From assembly GCA_015064395.1 (NCBI GenBank), contig SVSH01000010.1, positions 4,890 to 68,889 on the forward strand: DNA of 64,000 nt, read 5' to 3'. The position numbers were made by a program, and so were the translations under genes. Source of the stretch: Oscillospiraceae bacterium. GTDB lineage: Bacteria > Bacillota > Clostridia > Oscillospirales > CAG-272. The notes below the pieces were generated by a model. It searched no databases, was not told the DNA's origin, and was given only the letters and a program-made list of their open reading frames with translations. Positions 8,362 to 17,343 of the stretch are shown in pieces. The number at the start of each line of letters is the position of its first letter. Position 1 is the stretch's first letter.

Positions 8362-9861
8362 ATGGCATTCACGGTTTGCGTACATCACAACACGGGTGAA
8401 TATCGTGGGCAGTACCCGGCAGGGACACGCCTGTCCGACATTCTATCGGATGCCGGTCTTGTCGCGCCTCACCCCTGCGGCGGACACGGCAAATGCGGCA
8501 AATGCGCTGTTCGCGTGGTGGGAGAGGTGTCTCCCATGACTGAAACGGAGCGGGACGCCCTGCGTGGCGCGGGATACCCTACCGACGGGTCCTACCGCCT
8601 GTCCTGTCTTGCCGAGGCTATCGGCAATCTTACCCTTTATTATAACACAATCGACGCTTCGTTGCAAGGGGTTGTGCAAGGTTTTTGCAAGGAATTTTCC
8701 ATCGACCCGCCTCGCCTTGGCAATGGCATTGGCATGGCGGTCGACATCGGAACGACCACCGTTGCGGCTTATCTGTATGATCTTACAAATGGAAAGCGAC
8801 TGGCCGAGACCTGCGTGGAAAACCCACAGAAGGTGCACGGCGCTGACGTCATCTCGCGCGTGGGCCACGCTCTGACGGGCGGCGGCGAGCAACTGAAACA
8901 GGAAATCGAGGAATGCCTTGGTGATCTGGAGCGCGAGCTGAGCCAACGTGCGGGCGTGCAAGCCCCGGGGACGGTCGTGGCCGTCGGCAATACTGCCATG
9001 CTGCATCTGCTGACCGGGACGGACGTCTCTCCTCTAGCCGCCGCACCGTTTATTCTCAAACGGTCGTTTGGCGAGTGGGAAAACGATCGCTATTATCCGC
9101 CTTGCATCTCGGCCTACGTCGGCGCGGACATGACGGCGGCTATTCTGTCTTCGGGTATGTGTGAGCATCCCAACAAGACGTCTCTGCTCATCGACGTGGG
9201 CACCAACGGGGAAATGGCTCTGTTCCATCGGGGCGAGCTCACCACTTGTTCTACGGCCGCAGGACCGGCCTTTGAGGGCGCGGGCATTTCGTGTGGCTCT
9301 ATGGCTGTGCCGGGGGCAGTGAGCGAGGTGTGGGCCGAGGATGGACATATTGCCTATCGCACGATCGAGGATCGCCCGCCTGTGGGCCTTTGCGGCACGG
9401 GACTCATTGACGCGGCGGCGGTGCTGCTTGAGCTGGGCCTGATGGAGGACAGCGGCTTTATGGAAACGGATGCTGTGCTGGGCGAGAGCGGACTTGTCCT
9501 GACGCGAGCCGATATTCGCCAATTACAACTGGCCAAGGCGGCTATTCGCGCCGGTATCGACACCCTTCTTGCGGACCGTGGTTTGACCTATACGGACGTG
9601 GACGTTTTATACTTGGCAGGCGGCTTTGGCTCGTACTTGCACCCTGGGAGCTGTGCGGCTATTGGTATGATCCGACGGGAGCTGATCGACAAGATCGAAG
9701 TGCTCGGCAATGCGGCAGGACAGGGAGCATCTATGATGTTGCTCTCTCGGGAGGAGATGTCCCGAGCGGAGGAGATTGCCCGTAGTGCTACGACGCTGGA
9801 GCTGTCAACGAGTGGGGTGTTTATGGAAAAATATGTGGATGGGATGTTGTTTGGCATTTAG
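8362..9861 (+). CDS. reductive activase of corrinoid proteins (RACo-like; 2Fe-2S ferredoxin + ASKHA/DUF4445 ATPase)
   Basis: 499 aa. N-terminal plant-type ferredoxin cysteines (HPCGGHGKCGKCAV ... SCLA), followed by actin-fold phosphate motifs (AVDIGTTT, LIDVGTNGE). The last ~19 nt, including the TAG stop, resemble a repeat-element terminus. Confidence 0.85.
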   Translation: MAFTVCVHHNTGEYRGQYPAGTRLSDILSDAGLVAPHPCGGHGKCGKCAVRVVGEVSPMTETERDALRGAGYPTDGSYRLSCLAEAIGNLTLYYNTIDASLQGVVQGFCKEFSIDPPRLGNGIGMAVDIGTTTVAAYLYDLTNGKRLAETCVENPQKVHGADVISRVGHALTGGGEQLKQEIEECLGDLERELSQRAGVQAPGTVVAVGNTAMLHLLTGTDVSPLAAAPFILKRSFGEWENDRYYPPCISAYVGADMTAAILSSGMCEHPNKTSLLIDVGTNGEMALFHRGELTTCSTAAGPAFEGAGISCGSMAVPGAVSEVWAEDGHIAYRTIEDRPPVGLCGTGLIDAAAVLLELGLMEDSGFMETDAVLGESGLVLTRADIRQLQLAKAAIRAGIDTLLADRGLTYTDVDVLYLAGGFGSYLHPGSCAAIGMIRRELIDKIEVLGNAAGQGASMMLLSREEMSRAEEIARSATTLELSTSGVFMEKYVDGMLFGI

Positions 9862-10324
9862 CTTTCTCTCTTTTGTCCGCCGCACAACGCGCGGCGGGAG
9901 GTTTATGCACCTTCTTGGCGTTCCCCAAGAAGGTGCCAAGAAGGGAACCAAGGGGCCTAATGCCCCTTGGGACCCCACTACCCGACGGCTTTTTGAGAGC
10001 CGTCGGGACTTTTGCCTTTGCAAGCCTCCTCCATCTTGGGCGCATGAGCGCACGCCCAAGATGAGTTTGTCTTGGCAAAAGTTTTTGCCTTCTTCGCCTG
10101 CCGCTCGTGTTGGTAAGATTTGAAGCACAGCACTAAAAGCGCTTATATGATCTCTCTTGTTCCTCTTTGCAGAGCGGCAAAGCCAGGGGGTTCCCAGGGG
10201 GAACGCCTGGGTTCCTTTTCTTTCGCCATTTCTTTGTGGAACGACAAAGAAATGGCATCCATGCCTGTACAGCGCACGCGCGTAGCAGTGTGCGCGTCAA
10301 AAGGAGAAGTTGTTTGGAATTTAG
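9862..10324 (+). repeat. hairpin-dense modular repeat element, locus R1 unit 1 (463 bp, short-middle 'alpha' form)
   Basis: By eye, identical to unit 2 except for one base (t at 9874 vs c at 10337). Ends in AAAAGGAGAAGTTGTTTGGAATTTAG. Confidence 0.95.
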
Positions 10325-10787
10325 CTTTCTCTCTTTCGTCCGCCGCACAACGCGCGGCGGGAGGTTTATGCACCTTCTTGGCGTTCCCCAAGAAGGTGCC
10401 AAGAAGGGAACCAAGGGGCCTAATGCCCCTTGGGACCCCACTACCCGACGGCTTTTTGAGAGCCGTCGGGACTTTTGCCTTTGCAAGCCTCCTCCATCTT
10501 GGGCGCATGAGCGCACGCCCAAGATGAGTTTGTCTTGGCAAAAGTTTTTGCCTTCTTCGCCTGCCGCTCGTGTTGGTAAGATTTGAAGCACAGCACTAAA
10601 AGCGCTTATATGATCTCTCTTGTTCCTCTTTGCAGAGCGGCAAAGCCAGGGGGTTCCCAGGGGGAACGCCTGGGTTCCTTTTCTTTCGCCATTTCTTTGT
10701 GGAACGACAAAGAAATGGCATCCATGCCTGTACAGCGCACGCGCGTAGCAGTGTGCGCGTCAAAAGGAGAAGTTGTTTGGAATTTAG
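10325..10787 (+). repeat. R1 unit 2 (463 bp tandem copy)
   Basis: The 463-nt period is confirmed by identical track ORFs starting at 10120 and 10583. Confidence 0.95.
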
Positions 10788-11325
10788 CTTTCTCTCTTTC
10801 GTCCGCCGCACAACGCGCGGCGGGAGGTTTATGCACCTTCTTGGCATTCCCCAAGAAGGTGCCAAGAAGGGAACCAAGGGGCCTAATGCCCCTTGGCACC
10901 CCGCAGTGCGCCACGGCAAAATGAATTTTGCCTGATTGTGGCGCAAAAGTACACATCTTCAACGCTTGCGTTTGCAAGTGAAAGAAACTTGCAAACACGG
11001 AAGTGGCACGCAAGATGCAAGAGCAAAAGCTTGTGCCGCCGTTCTACGCACCTTGCGATAGCATAAATCTTACGCAAAAACGGAAAGCAAAAGCCCTTGC
11101 TTTCTCCGCCTGCCGCTCGTGTTGGCAAAAATTGAGGCACAGCACAGGGAGTGTTCATGTGACCTCTTGTCTTTCTCTTTGTAGAGCGGCAAAGGAGGGA
11201 GGACCCGGAGGGAACGTCCGGGTTCACTTTCTTGGTTACTTCTTTGTTGAAAGACAAAGAAGTAACAGAACGCATACGCCGCCGCGTTGTGGCGGCGACA
11301 AACAAAAGGAGAAGCTGCTAAATCT
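10788..11325 (+). repeat. R1 unit 3 (long-middle 'beta' form)
   Basis: The first ~108 nt match units 1 and 2. It then switches to the longer middle shared with R3, R10, R2, R4 and R8. Ends in AAAAGGAGAAGCTGCTAAATCT. Confidence 0.85.
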
Positions 11326-11360
11326 CTTGCTTCCCCCACAAACCCAAAGCAAAAAACATA

Positions 11361-11400
11361 GCACCTATACCCCTTGCGAAGTATAGGTGCCTTTTTATTT
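11361..11400. terminator. bidirectional terminator downstream of ftsH
   Basis: GCACCTATAC-CCCTTGCGAA-GTATAGGTGC, flanked by an A-run and a T-run. Confidence 0.75.
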
Positions 11401-11406
11401 CAATCA

Positions 11407-13410
11407 TCAAAAGAAATTCGAACCATAACTGCCGATCGGTGTATCGTCAGCCGGGGGATCCGAAGGCCCCGAGTCGTCGGAACTACCTGTCGCATCGGGC
11501 TTGCTTTCGTCCTCGGCACGCTTTTCGTTTTCCTCGCGGCTCTTGCGCTTCTTCTCCTCAAGCATTGCCTCCAGCTCTTCGATGGTGGGATCACCATCCA
11601 TCGCGGCGGCAAACTGCTCGCCGTCCATGATCTCATTCTTCATGAGGAAGTCAGCGATGAACTTCATCTTGTTCATATGCTCGGACAGAATGGTGCGAGC
11701 CAGCTCGTGTGCCTCGGTGATCAGCTTGTGGATTTCCTCGTCAATCTTGGTTGCCGTCGTGCCGGCGTAGTCCTTGGTGCTGGACGAGAAGTCACGGCCC
11801 AGGAACACCTCGCCCTGGTTGCCGCCGAAGGCGCGAGGACCGAGCAAGTCGCTCATACCCAGACGGGTGACCATCTGACGGGCAATGTTGGTGGCACGCT
11901 CAATATCGTTGGAAGCACCGCCCGAAATATCGTCGAACATCAGCTCCTCCGCCGTGCGGCCACCCAACAGCATGGCGATCTCTTGCTTGAGCTCGTTGCG
12001 GTAAACGCTGTATTTATCCTCCACAGGGGGATTGAGGGTGTAGCCCAGTGCGTTGCCACTGGGAATGATGGAAATCTGCTGAACAGGGTCAAGCAGGGGC
12101 AGAACGTGGGCGATAATGGCGTGACCCGCCTCGTGGATGGCCGTCTTGTACAGCTCTTCCTTTTTGCGCACGCGGGACTTCTTCTGAGGACCGGCGATGA
12201 CTTTGATATAAGCATCTTCGATATCATCCATGCCGATCAGAGCCTTGTTGCGTCTGGCGGCCAGAAGGGCAGCTTCGTTGAGCAGGTTGGCCAGATCCGC
12301 ACCGGTAAAGCCGGCGGTTGTGCGAGCCACACGGGCCAGATCCACACTCTCTTCCAGGGGCTTGTTGCGGGAGTGAACCTTCAGGATCTCCTCGCGTCCC
12401 TTGATGTCGGGATAGTTGACCGTGATCTGACGGTCGAAACGACCGGGACGCAGCAGTGCGGGGTCAAGAATGTCGGGGCGGTTGGTCGCTGCGATGACGA
12501 TGATACCGTCGTGCGCACCAAAGCCGTCCATTTCAACCAGCAACTGGTTGAGCGTCTGCTCGCGCTCGTCGTGCCCGCCGCCCAGTCCCGCACCGCGGTG
12601 GCGACCGACAGCATCGATCTCATCGATAAAGATGATGGAAGCAGGCGCTTTGCGCGCGGTCTCAAACAGGTCGCGTACACGAGAGGCGCCGACACCGACG
12701 TACATTTCTACGAAATCCGAACCGGAAATAGAGAAGAAGGGAACACCGGCCTCACCGGCAACGGCCTTGGCCAGCAGCGTCTTACCCGTACCGGGAGGGC
12801 CCACGAGCAGAACGCCGTGGGGAATCTTGGCGCCGAGCTTGCTGTACTTGGCGGGATTCTTGAGGAATTCCACCACCTCCTGCAGCTCTTCCTTTTCCTC
12901 GTCTGCACCGGCAACGTCGCGGAACAGGACGCGGTTCTGATCGTTGGGATTGGGCGTTTTGACACGTGCCTTGCCAAAGCTGTTCATCTTACCGCCGCCC
13001 TTGCTGCCAACGCGGGCCATATAGACCCACAGCGCGATAAACAGGACGATGACGATAAGATAGGGCAACAGGCTCAGCCACCAAGGATAGGTGACAGGGG
13101 GCTCGTATTCGCCCTTGAGCGTACCCGCGGCCATTTGCTCGGTGATGATCTCACCCAGGTCGGCGTGGAACAAGGAGAGATTGGCCACCTCGTAGATGAC
13201 CTCCTTGCCGTCGATCAGCTTCATGGTCAGGATATAGTCCGGCGACAGATTGAACTCTGCTACCTGCCCGCTGGTGAAGTACTGCACCACCTTGTCGTAG
13301 GTGGGATTCTCCGCCGCATTGCTGTTTTGGAACATCTGGGCAAGGAAGAAGACGATCAATCCGATCAGCAGGACATAGAATAAGATAACTTTTATGTCTT
13401 TGCGTTTCAT
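11407..13410 (-). CDS. ftsH: ATP-dependent zinc metalloprotease FtsH
   Basis: 667 aa. Walker A GPPGTGKT, second region of homology, and the HEAGH zinc site. Confidence 0.97.
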   Translation of the reverse strand: MKRKDIKVILFYVLLIGLIVFFLAQMFQNSNAAENPTYDKVVQYFTSGQVAEFNLSPDYILTMKLIDGKEVIYEVANLSLFHADLGEIITEQMAAGTLKGEYEPPVTYPWWLSLLPYLIVIVLFIALWVYMARVGSKGGGKMNSFGKARVKTPNPNDQNRVLFRDVAGADEEKEELQEVVEFLKNPAKYSKLGAKIPHGVLLVGPPGTGKTLLAKAVAGEAGVPFFSISGSDFVEMYVGVGASRVRDLFETARKAPASIIFIDEIDAVGRHRGAGLGGGHDEREQTLNQLLVEMDGFGAHDGIIVIAATNRPDILDPALLRPGRFDRQITVNYPDIKGREEILKVHSRNKPLEESVDLARVARTTAGFTGADLANLLNEAALLAARRNKALIGMDDIEDAYIKVIAGPQKKSRVRKKEELYKTAIHEAGHAIIAHVLPLLDPVQQISIIPSGNALGYTLNPPVEDKYSVYRNELKQEIAMLLGGRTAEELMFDDISGGASNDIERATNIARQMVTRLGMSDLLGPRAFGGNQGEVFLGRDFSSSTKDYAGTTATKIDEEIHKLITEAHELARTILSEHMNKMKFIADFLMKNEIMDGEQFAAAMDGDPTIEELEAMLEEKKRKSREENEKRAEDESKPDATGSSDDSGPSDPPADDTPIGSYGSNFF

Positions 13411-13434
13411 TGGTTTCCTCCAGTCGTGGGAATC

Positions 13435-14007
13435 TTATTTGGTGTAGACCTCACTCTTGAGGACACCGATATAGGGGAGATCGCGGTATTTTTCATCAAA
13501 ATCCAGGCCGTAACCCACGACGAACTCGTCGGGGATCTCGGCGCCGGTATAGTCTGCTTTGTAGTTTACCTCACGGCGGCTGGGCTTATCCAACAGCGTG
13601 ACGGTTCTTACGCTGTGCGCACCGCGCCCGCGCAGATTTTCGGTCAAGGAGGCCAGGGTTCGACCGCTGTCGACGATATCCTCAACGAGGAGTATGTCGA
13701 TGTTTTCATAGTCGTCCCGCTTGAGATCCAGGTGGATCTTGAGCTGACCCGACGAGACCGTACCTGCGTAGTAGGACGAGACCTTGACAAAATCTAACTC
13801 AACAGGCATATTCAGCTTTTTGATCAGATCCGTATAGAAGAAGACAGAGCCCTTCATGACGGCAACGACGATCAGCTTGTAGGAACGAATGGCATTTGGC
13901 GAAGGAGCGTAGTCGCGGTTGATGCGGTCGGCAAGGCTTGTGACGATGCCGTCAAGCTGCTCCTCGGTGAATAAAATGTGGTCAATATCTTGTCTTGGAT
14001 CGATCAT
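13435..14007 (-). CDS. hpt: hypoxanthine phosphoribosyltransferase
   Basis: 190 aa from the internal Met (GGAGG RBS at 14015-14019). PRPP motif ILLVEDIVDSGRT. Overlaps the tilS stop by 4 nt. Confidence 0.93.
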   Translation of the reverse strand: MIDPRQDIDHILFTEEQLDGIVTSLADRINRDYAPSPNAIRSYKLIVVAVMKGSVFFYTDLIKKLNMPVELDFVKVSSYYAGTVSSGQLKIHLDLKRDDYENIDILLVEDIVDSGRTLASLTENLRGRGAHSVRTVTLLDKPSRREVNYKADYTGAEIPDEFVVGYGLDFDEKYRDLPYIGVLKSEVYTK

Positions 14008-15485
14008 GATATGTCCTCCTTTGGGCTGTCTGTCATGAAAGTGTGGTACTCGACGGTCAATCGATATGCGTTGGTGGAGTCTTGGGTGACAGGGGTAAAA
14101 GCGCCGTCGCGGGGCCCGATGAAGGGAACCCACAGCACAGTGTCGCCGTGGCATAAGAGGGGCAGTCGATCGCGTATGGTGGCGGGGATGCCCATCTCGT
14201 TTTGCAGCTTGCGTAATTTGCGATTGACGCCGCGGAACAAAATCGTGTCTCCCGAGCGCCTTGAGCGCCACGTAAGGGACTCGACTTGCGTACACCCTAC
14301 TATTGTATCAAATATCAGGGTATCGCGTATGAATGGATTGTAAACATTTTTATCGTTTTGCGTGACGGTTTGGTGTTGCCTCAGGGATACCGTATTCACG
14401 CAAAGGGAAAACCCGAGCTCGGGGCGCTCCATCGTTCCCTCCGAAAAGGGAACTTCAAACGGGGTGGGGACTCCTGACTCGTCCGTTACATCTTGCCAAC
14501 ACAGGCATTCTCGCTCGGCCACAACGACACCGCCCGGCACGCAAAGCCGCTTGGAGGTGGACGTTGGCGCGCAAAGCTGCAGCATCGCGTCCAGATGGCA
14601 GGTAGCGAGCGTTTGTCCGCTTATAGCAAATGCCCAGTCACGCAGGACGCGCTTGGCGATGGCGGGGTGGGCGTTTGCCAACGCGGCTCGCAACAGGCCG
14701 GTCTCCACACTCGCCTCTGCCAGCAGATGCTCTGCCAGCTGTCCCAGGCACTGCTCATCCTCGCGTAGCGTCTCGCTCCCTCGGACCACCTGCTGTTCGG
14801 GGTGAGGGATCACCTCGCCAAGAGCGGGCAACACGCGAGCACGCAAGAAATTGCGGGTGTAAGCCGTGTCCTCGTTGGTGCTGTCCGTTACAAACGCCAA
14901 GGACAGCTCCTGACAAGCGGCCACGATATCAGCCTTGCTGCAAAGGAGCAGGGGACGCACGACCGTCTGACCGGGAGCGTCCAAGCATCTGACTGGTGCA
15001 ATGCCGCCAAGGCCTGAAAGGCCACAGCCCCGCACCAGATGGAACAGCACTGTTTCCAGGTTGTCGTCGGCATTGTGCGCCGTCAAGAGCAGGGGAATGT
15101 CCTGCTCGCGCATCACGCGGGAGAAAAAGTCGTAGCGCACCTGTCTTGCTACCGTTTCCACCGACTCGCCGCGCTCCCGCGCCAGTGTCGGCACGTCGGC
15201 ACGCAGGACGTGCAGGGGAAGATGGTATTGCTCGGCCAGGTCGCGGCAAAATCTCTCGTCGCGGTCGGCCTCCTTGTCCCTTATGCCGTGATGGATATGC
15301 GCCAGGTGAAGCGGCGCACCCGTTTGTCGGCATTCGCTCGCGACCAGGTGTAGCAAAAGACGGGAATCCGCACCGCCCGAAAGACCCAGCAAAAGCGGTG
15401 TGTCGGTTGCAACACCGGCCAGTGCAAAGGGGGAGCGGTAAGCGGCAAGCAGACGCGCGTAGGCGTCAGAGCGGGATGTCGTCAT
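14004..15485 (-). CDS. tilS: tRNA(Ile)-lysidine synthetase
   Basis: 493 aa. PP-loop LLGLSGGADS. Sits in the conserved tilS-hpt-ftsH order. Confidence 0.9.
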   Translation of the reverse strand: MTTSRSDAYARLLAAYRSPFALAGVATDTPLLLGLSGGADSRLLLHLVASECRQTGAPLHLAHIHHGIRDKEADRDERFCRDLAEQYHLPLHVLRADVPTLARERGESVETVARQVRYDFFSRVMREQDIPLLLTAHNADDNLETVLFHLVRGCGLSGLGGIAPVRCLDAPGQTVVRPLLLCSKADIVAACQELSLAFVTDSTNEDTAYTRNFLRARVLPALGEVIPHPEQQVVRGSETLREDEQCLGQLAEHLLAEASVETGLLRAALANAHPAIAKRVLRDWAFAISGQTLATCHLDAMLQLCAPTSTSKRLCVPGGVVVAERECLCWQDVTDESGVPTPFEVPFSEGTMERPELGFSLCVNTVSLRQHQTVTQNDKNVYNPFIRDTLIFDTIVGCTQVESLTWRSRRSGDTILFRGVNRKLRKLQNEMGIPATIRDRLPLLCHGDTVLWVPFIGPRDGAFTPVTQDSTNAYRLTVEYHTFMTDSPKEDIS

Positions 15486-16834
15486 GCTTCGGGAATCGAG
15501 CCCGACTCGGCGATGGAGCGGAACTTGGTGTAACGGCCGATCCAGCCGACCTTGACCGTGCCGGTAGAGCCGTGACGGTTTTTGGCCACGATGACCTCGG
15601 CGATGTTGCCCTCGGTGTCGCTTGCGGCGTCCGTTTTATAGTATTCGTCGCGGAACAGGAACATGACGCAGTCGGCGTCCTGCTCGATCGAACCCGAGTC
15701 ACGCAGGTCGGACAGCATGGGTCTTTTGTCGTTTCGTCCCTCGGGACCACGGGAGAGCTGTGCACAGCAGAGAATAGGCACGTTCAGCTCTTTTGCCATG
15801 ATCTTGAGGTTACGGGTGATGTCGCTCACCTCGTTGACGCGGTTGTCGATGCGTCTGTCCGAGGACATAAGCCCCAGGTAGTCGATGACGACCAGACCCA
15901 GATTGTCCACACGGCGGAGCTTACCCTTCATACCCGACACGGTAATGCCGGGGGTGTCGTCAATGAGAATATCACAGCCGGACAGTCGGGCACTTGCATG
16001 GGCGATATGCTCCCACTCCTCGGGCTTGAGCTCGCCCGAGCGGAGCGCATAGCTGTCAACCATGGCCTCACTCGAGATCATGCGGTTGACCAGTTGCTCG
16101 GCAGACATTTCCAGCGAGAAGATGCAGACCTTCTTTTTGGTGGATTGTGCCACGTTGGCGGCGATATTGAGGGCGAAGCTGGTCTTACCCATACCGGGAC
16201 GGGCACCGACCAAGATGAAGTCGCTCTTACCCATGCCGACGAGCACCTTGTCCAGTCCCGAGAAGCCGGTTGGCGTACCCTGAGCGGCGGATTTGTCGGT
16301 GGAGAGCTCTTGCAGGTGGGCGTAAACGTCGACCAGCACGTCGCGGATGTGGCGGAAGCTCTTGGTGTCACGGCCCTGTGCCAGGTCGAAAATGCGAGCC
16401 TCGGCGTTTTCAATGATGTGCTCGATCTCCTCCTGCTCGGCATAGGTGACGTCCGAAATGTCACCGCAGATCTCGATCAGCTGGCGCGCACGGCTCTTGT
16501 TGCGTACGATCTTGGCGTAGTCCTTGGCATTCTGTGCGCCGGGAACCACCTCGGCGATGGTGCGGATATACTGCTCGCCCCCCGACTTATCGTACACGCC
16601 GGTACGCACAAGCGCGTCGATCAGCGTGACAACGTCGATGGCATGGTCAGTCAGATACAGCTCGCGCATGGCGAGAAAGATCTGCTTGTGCTCGGCAAGA
16701 TAAAAGTCCTCCGCGTTTACCAGCTCGGTCAGCTCGTTGAAGCATTCGGGGTCGATGAGGATACAACCGAGCAACGATTGCTCGGCGATCAGGGAAAAGG
16801 GTAGCTTGCGGTCTAAGATGTTCAGTTCATCCAT
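15482..16834 (-). CDS. dnaB: replicative DNA helicase (DnaB family; DnaC in B. subtilis nomenclature)
   Basis: 450 aa. Walker A GARPGMGKTSF and the downstream DnaB helicase motifs. Follows rplI as in Firmicutes. Confidence 0.97.
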   Translation of the reverse strand: MDELNILDRKLPFSLIAEQSLLGCILIDPECFNELTELVNAEDFYLAEHKQIFLAMRELYLTDHAIDVVTLIDALVRTGVYDKSGGEQYIRTIAEVVPGAQNAKDYAKIVRNKSRARQLIEICGDISDVTYAEQEEIEHIIENAEARIFDLAQGRDTKSFRHIRDVLVDVYAHLQELSTDKSAAQGTPTGFSGLDKVLVGMGKSDFILVGARPGMGKTSFALNIAANVAQSTKKKVCIFSLEMSAEQLVNRMISSEAMVDSYALRSGELKPEEWEHIAHASARLSGCDILIDDTPGITVSGMKGKLRRVDNLGLVVIDYLGLMSSDRRIDNRVNEVSDITRNLKIMAKELNVPILCCAQLSRGPEGRNDKRPMLSDLRDSGSIEQDADCVMFLFRDEYYKTDAASDTEGNIAEVIVAKNRHGSTGTVKVGWIGRYTKFRSIAESGSIPEA

Positions 16835-16858
16835 GGCTCAAATAAGCTCCTTGGTGGT

Positions 16859-17308
16859 TTATTTTTTCTCGCAAACGGTGATGTGGATCTTGCCGACGAT
16901 CTCCTGGAACAGCTTGACCTCACGGGTGTAAGCGCCGTAGGTGCGGATGGGCTCGTCCGAGAGGATCTTGCGCTTGTCGATGGTGATGCCTGCCTGCGCG
17001 GCCAGCGCCTCGACGATGTCCTTGGAGGTGATGGAGCCGTACAGGCGTCCGTCGCCGCCCGACGAAGCGGGGATCTTGACCATAATGCCTTCCAGCTTTT
17101 CGGCGGTGGCTTTGGCCTCGGCGCGCTCAACGGCGATCTTGTGCTCCTCGCTCGCCTTTTTGTTCTTGATCTCATTCAGGCTCTGCGCGTCGGCAGGCTT
17201 GGCAAGTCCCTTGGGGAAGAGGAAGTTTTTGGCATAGCCGTCGGATACGTTGATGATCTGATCCTTTTTGCCTTGGGATTTTACGTCTTGCAGTAAGATA
17301 ACTTTCAT
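16859..17308 (-). CDS. rplI: 50S ribosomal protein L9
   Basis: 149 aa from the internal Met MKVILLQDVKSQGKKD (AAGGAG RBS). The upstream extension in the track ORF runs into repeat R2. Confidence 0.95.
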   Translation of the reverse strand: MKVILLQDVKSQGKKDQIINVSDGYAKNFLFPKGLAKPADAQSLNEIKNKKASEEHKIAVERAEAKATAEKLEGIMVKIPASSGGDGRLYGSITSKDIVEALAAQAGITIDKRKILSDEPIRTYGAYTREVKLFQEIVGKIHITVCEKK

Positions 17309-17343
17309 GGTGGTACTCCTTGTATAGATAGAGATATTTTTTC

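Noticed and set aside
10120-10170. An internal sigma-70-like promoter inside the long-range module of the elements (TTGA(A/G)G ... TTATAT/TATGTG about 17-18 nt downstream)
   Set aside because: The -10 candidates match the consensus poorly (3-4 of 6, often lacking the final T). The orientation relative to downstream genes is consistent at only 4 of 6 informative loci. It is left as something for 5'-end mapping to decide.
9862-11325. CRISPR array
   Set aside because: The repeat period is 463 nt with no short repeat/unique spacer alternation. No cas genes are in the window.
9776-11386. Many 60-150-aa ORFs on both strands inside the repeat array (for example 10120..10527, 10133..10591, 10583..10924), and similar ORFs in the other repeat loci.
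   Set aside because: They are open on both strands because the sequence is palindromic. They lack ribosome-binding sites. They differ between copies through indels that do not preserve a reading frame. Their translations are R/P/G/C-rich nonsense.
11374-13383. 669-aa plus-strand ORF opposite ftsH. Similar long shadow ORFs were also noticed: 14996..16804, 17746..18636, 18640..19980, 20074..21312, 21490..22308, 23818..24891, 25643..28336, 29006..29665, 29702..30319, 30338..31009, 31083..32024, 32842..33963, 36720..37559, 37483..38223, 39364..40668, 47062..49302, 50831..51856, 53787..54713, 56741..57736 and 60280..60780.
   Set aside because: Each lies antisense to a gene with unmistakable conserved motifs (FtsH, DnaB, GdpP, NusA, IF-2, PriA and so on). 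Their translations are low-complexity (G/R/A/D/V/L-rich) with no recognisable domains. Long antisense open frames are expected in GC-rich DNA.
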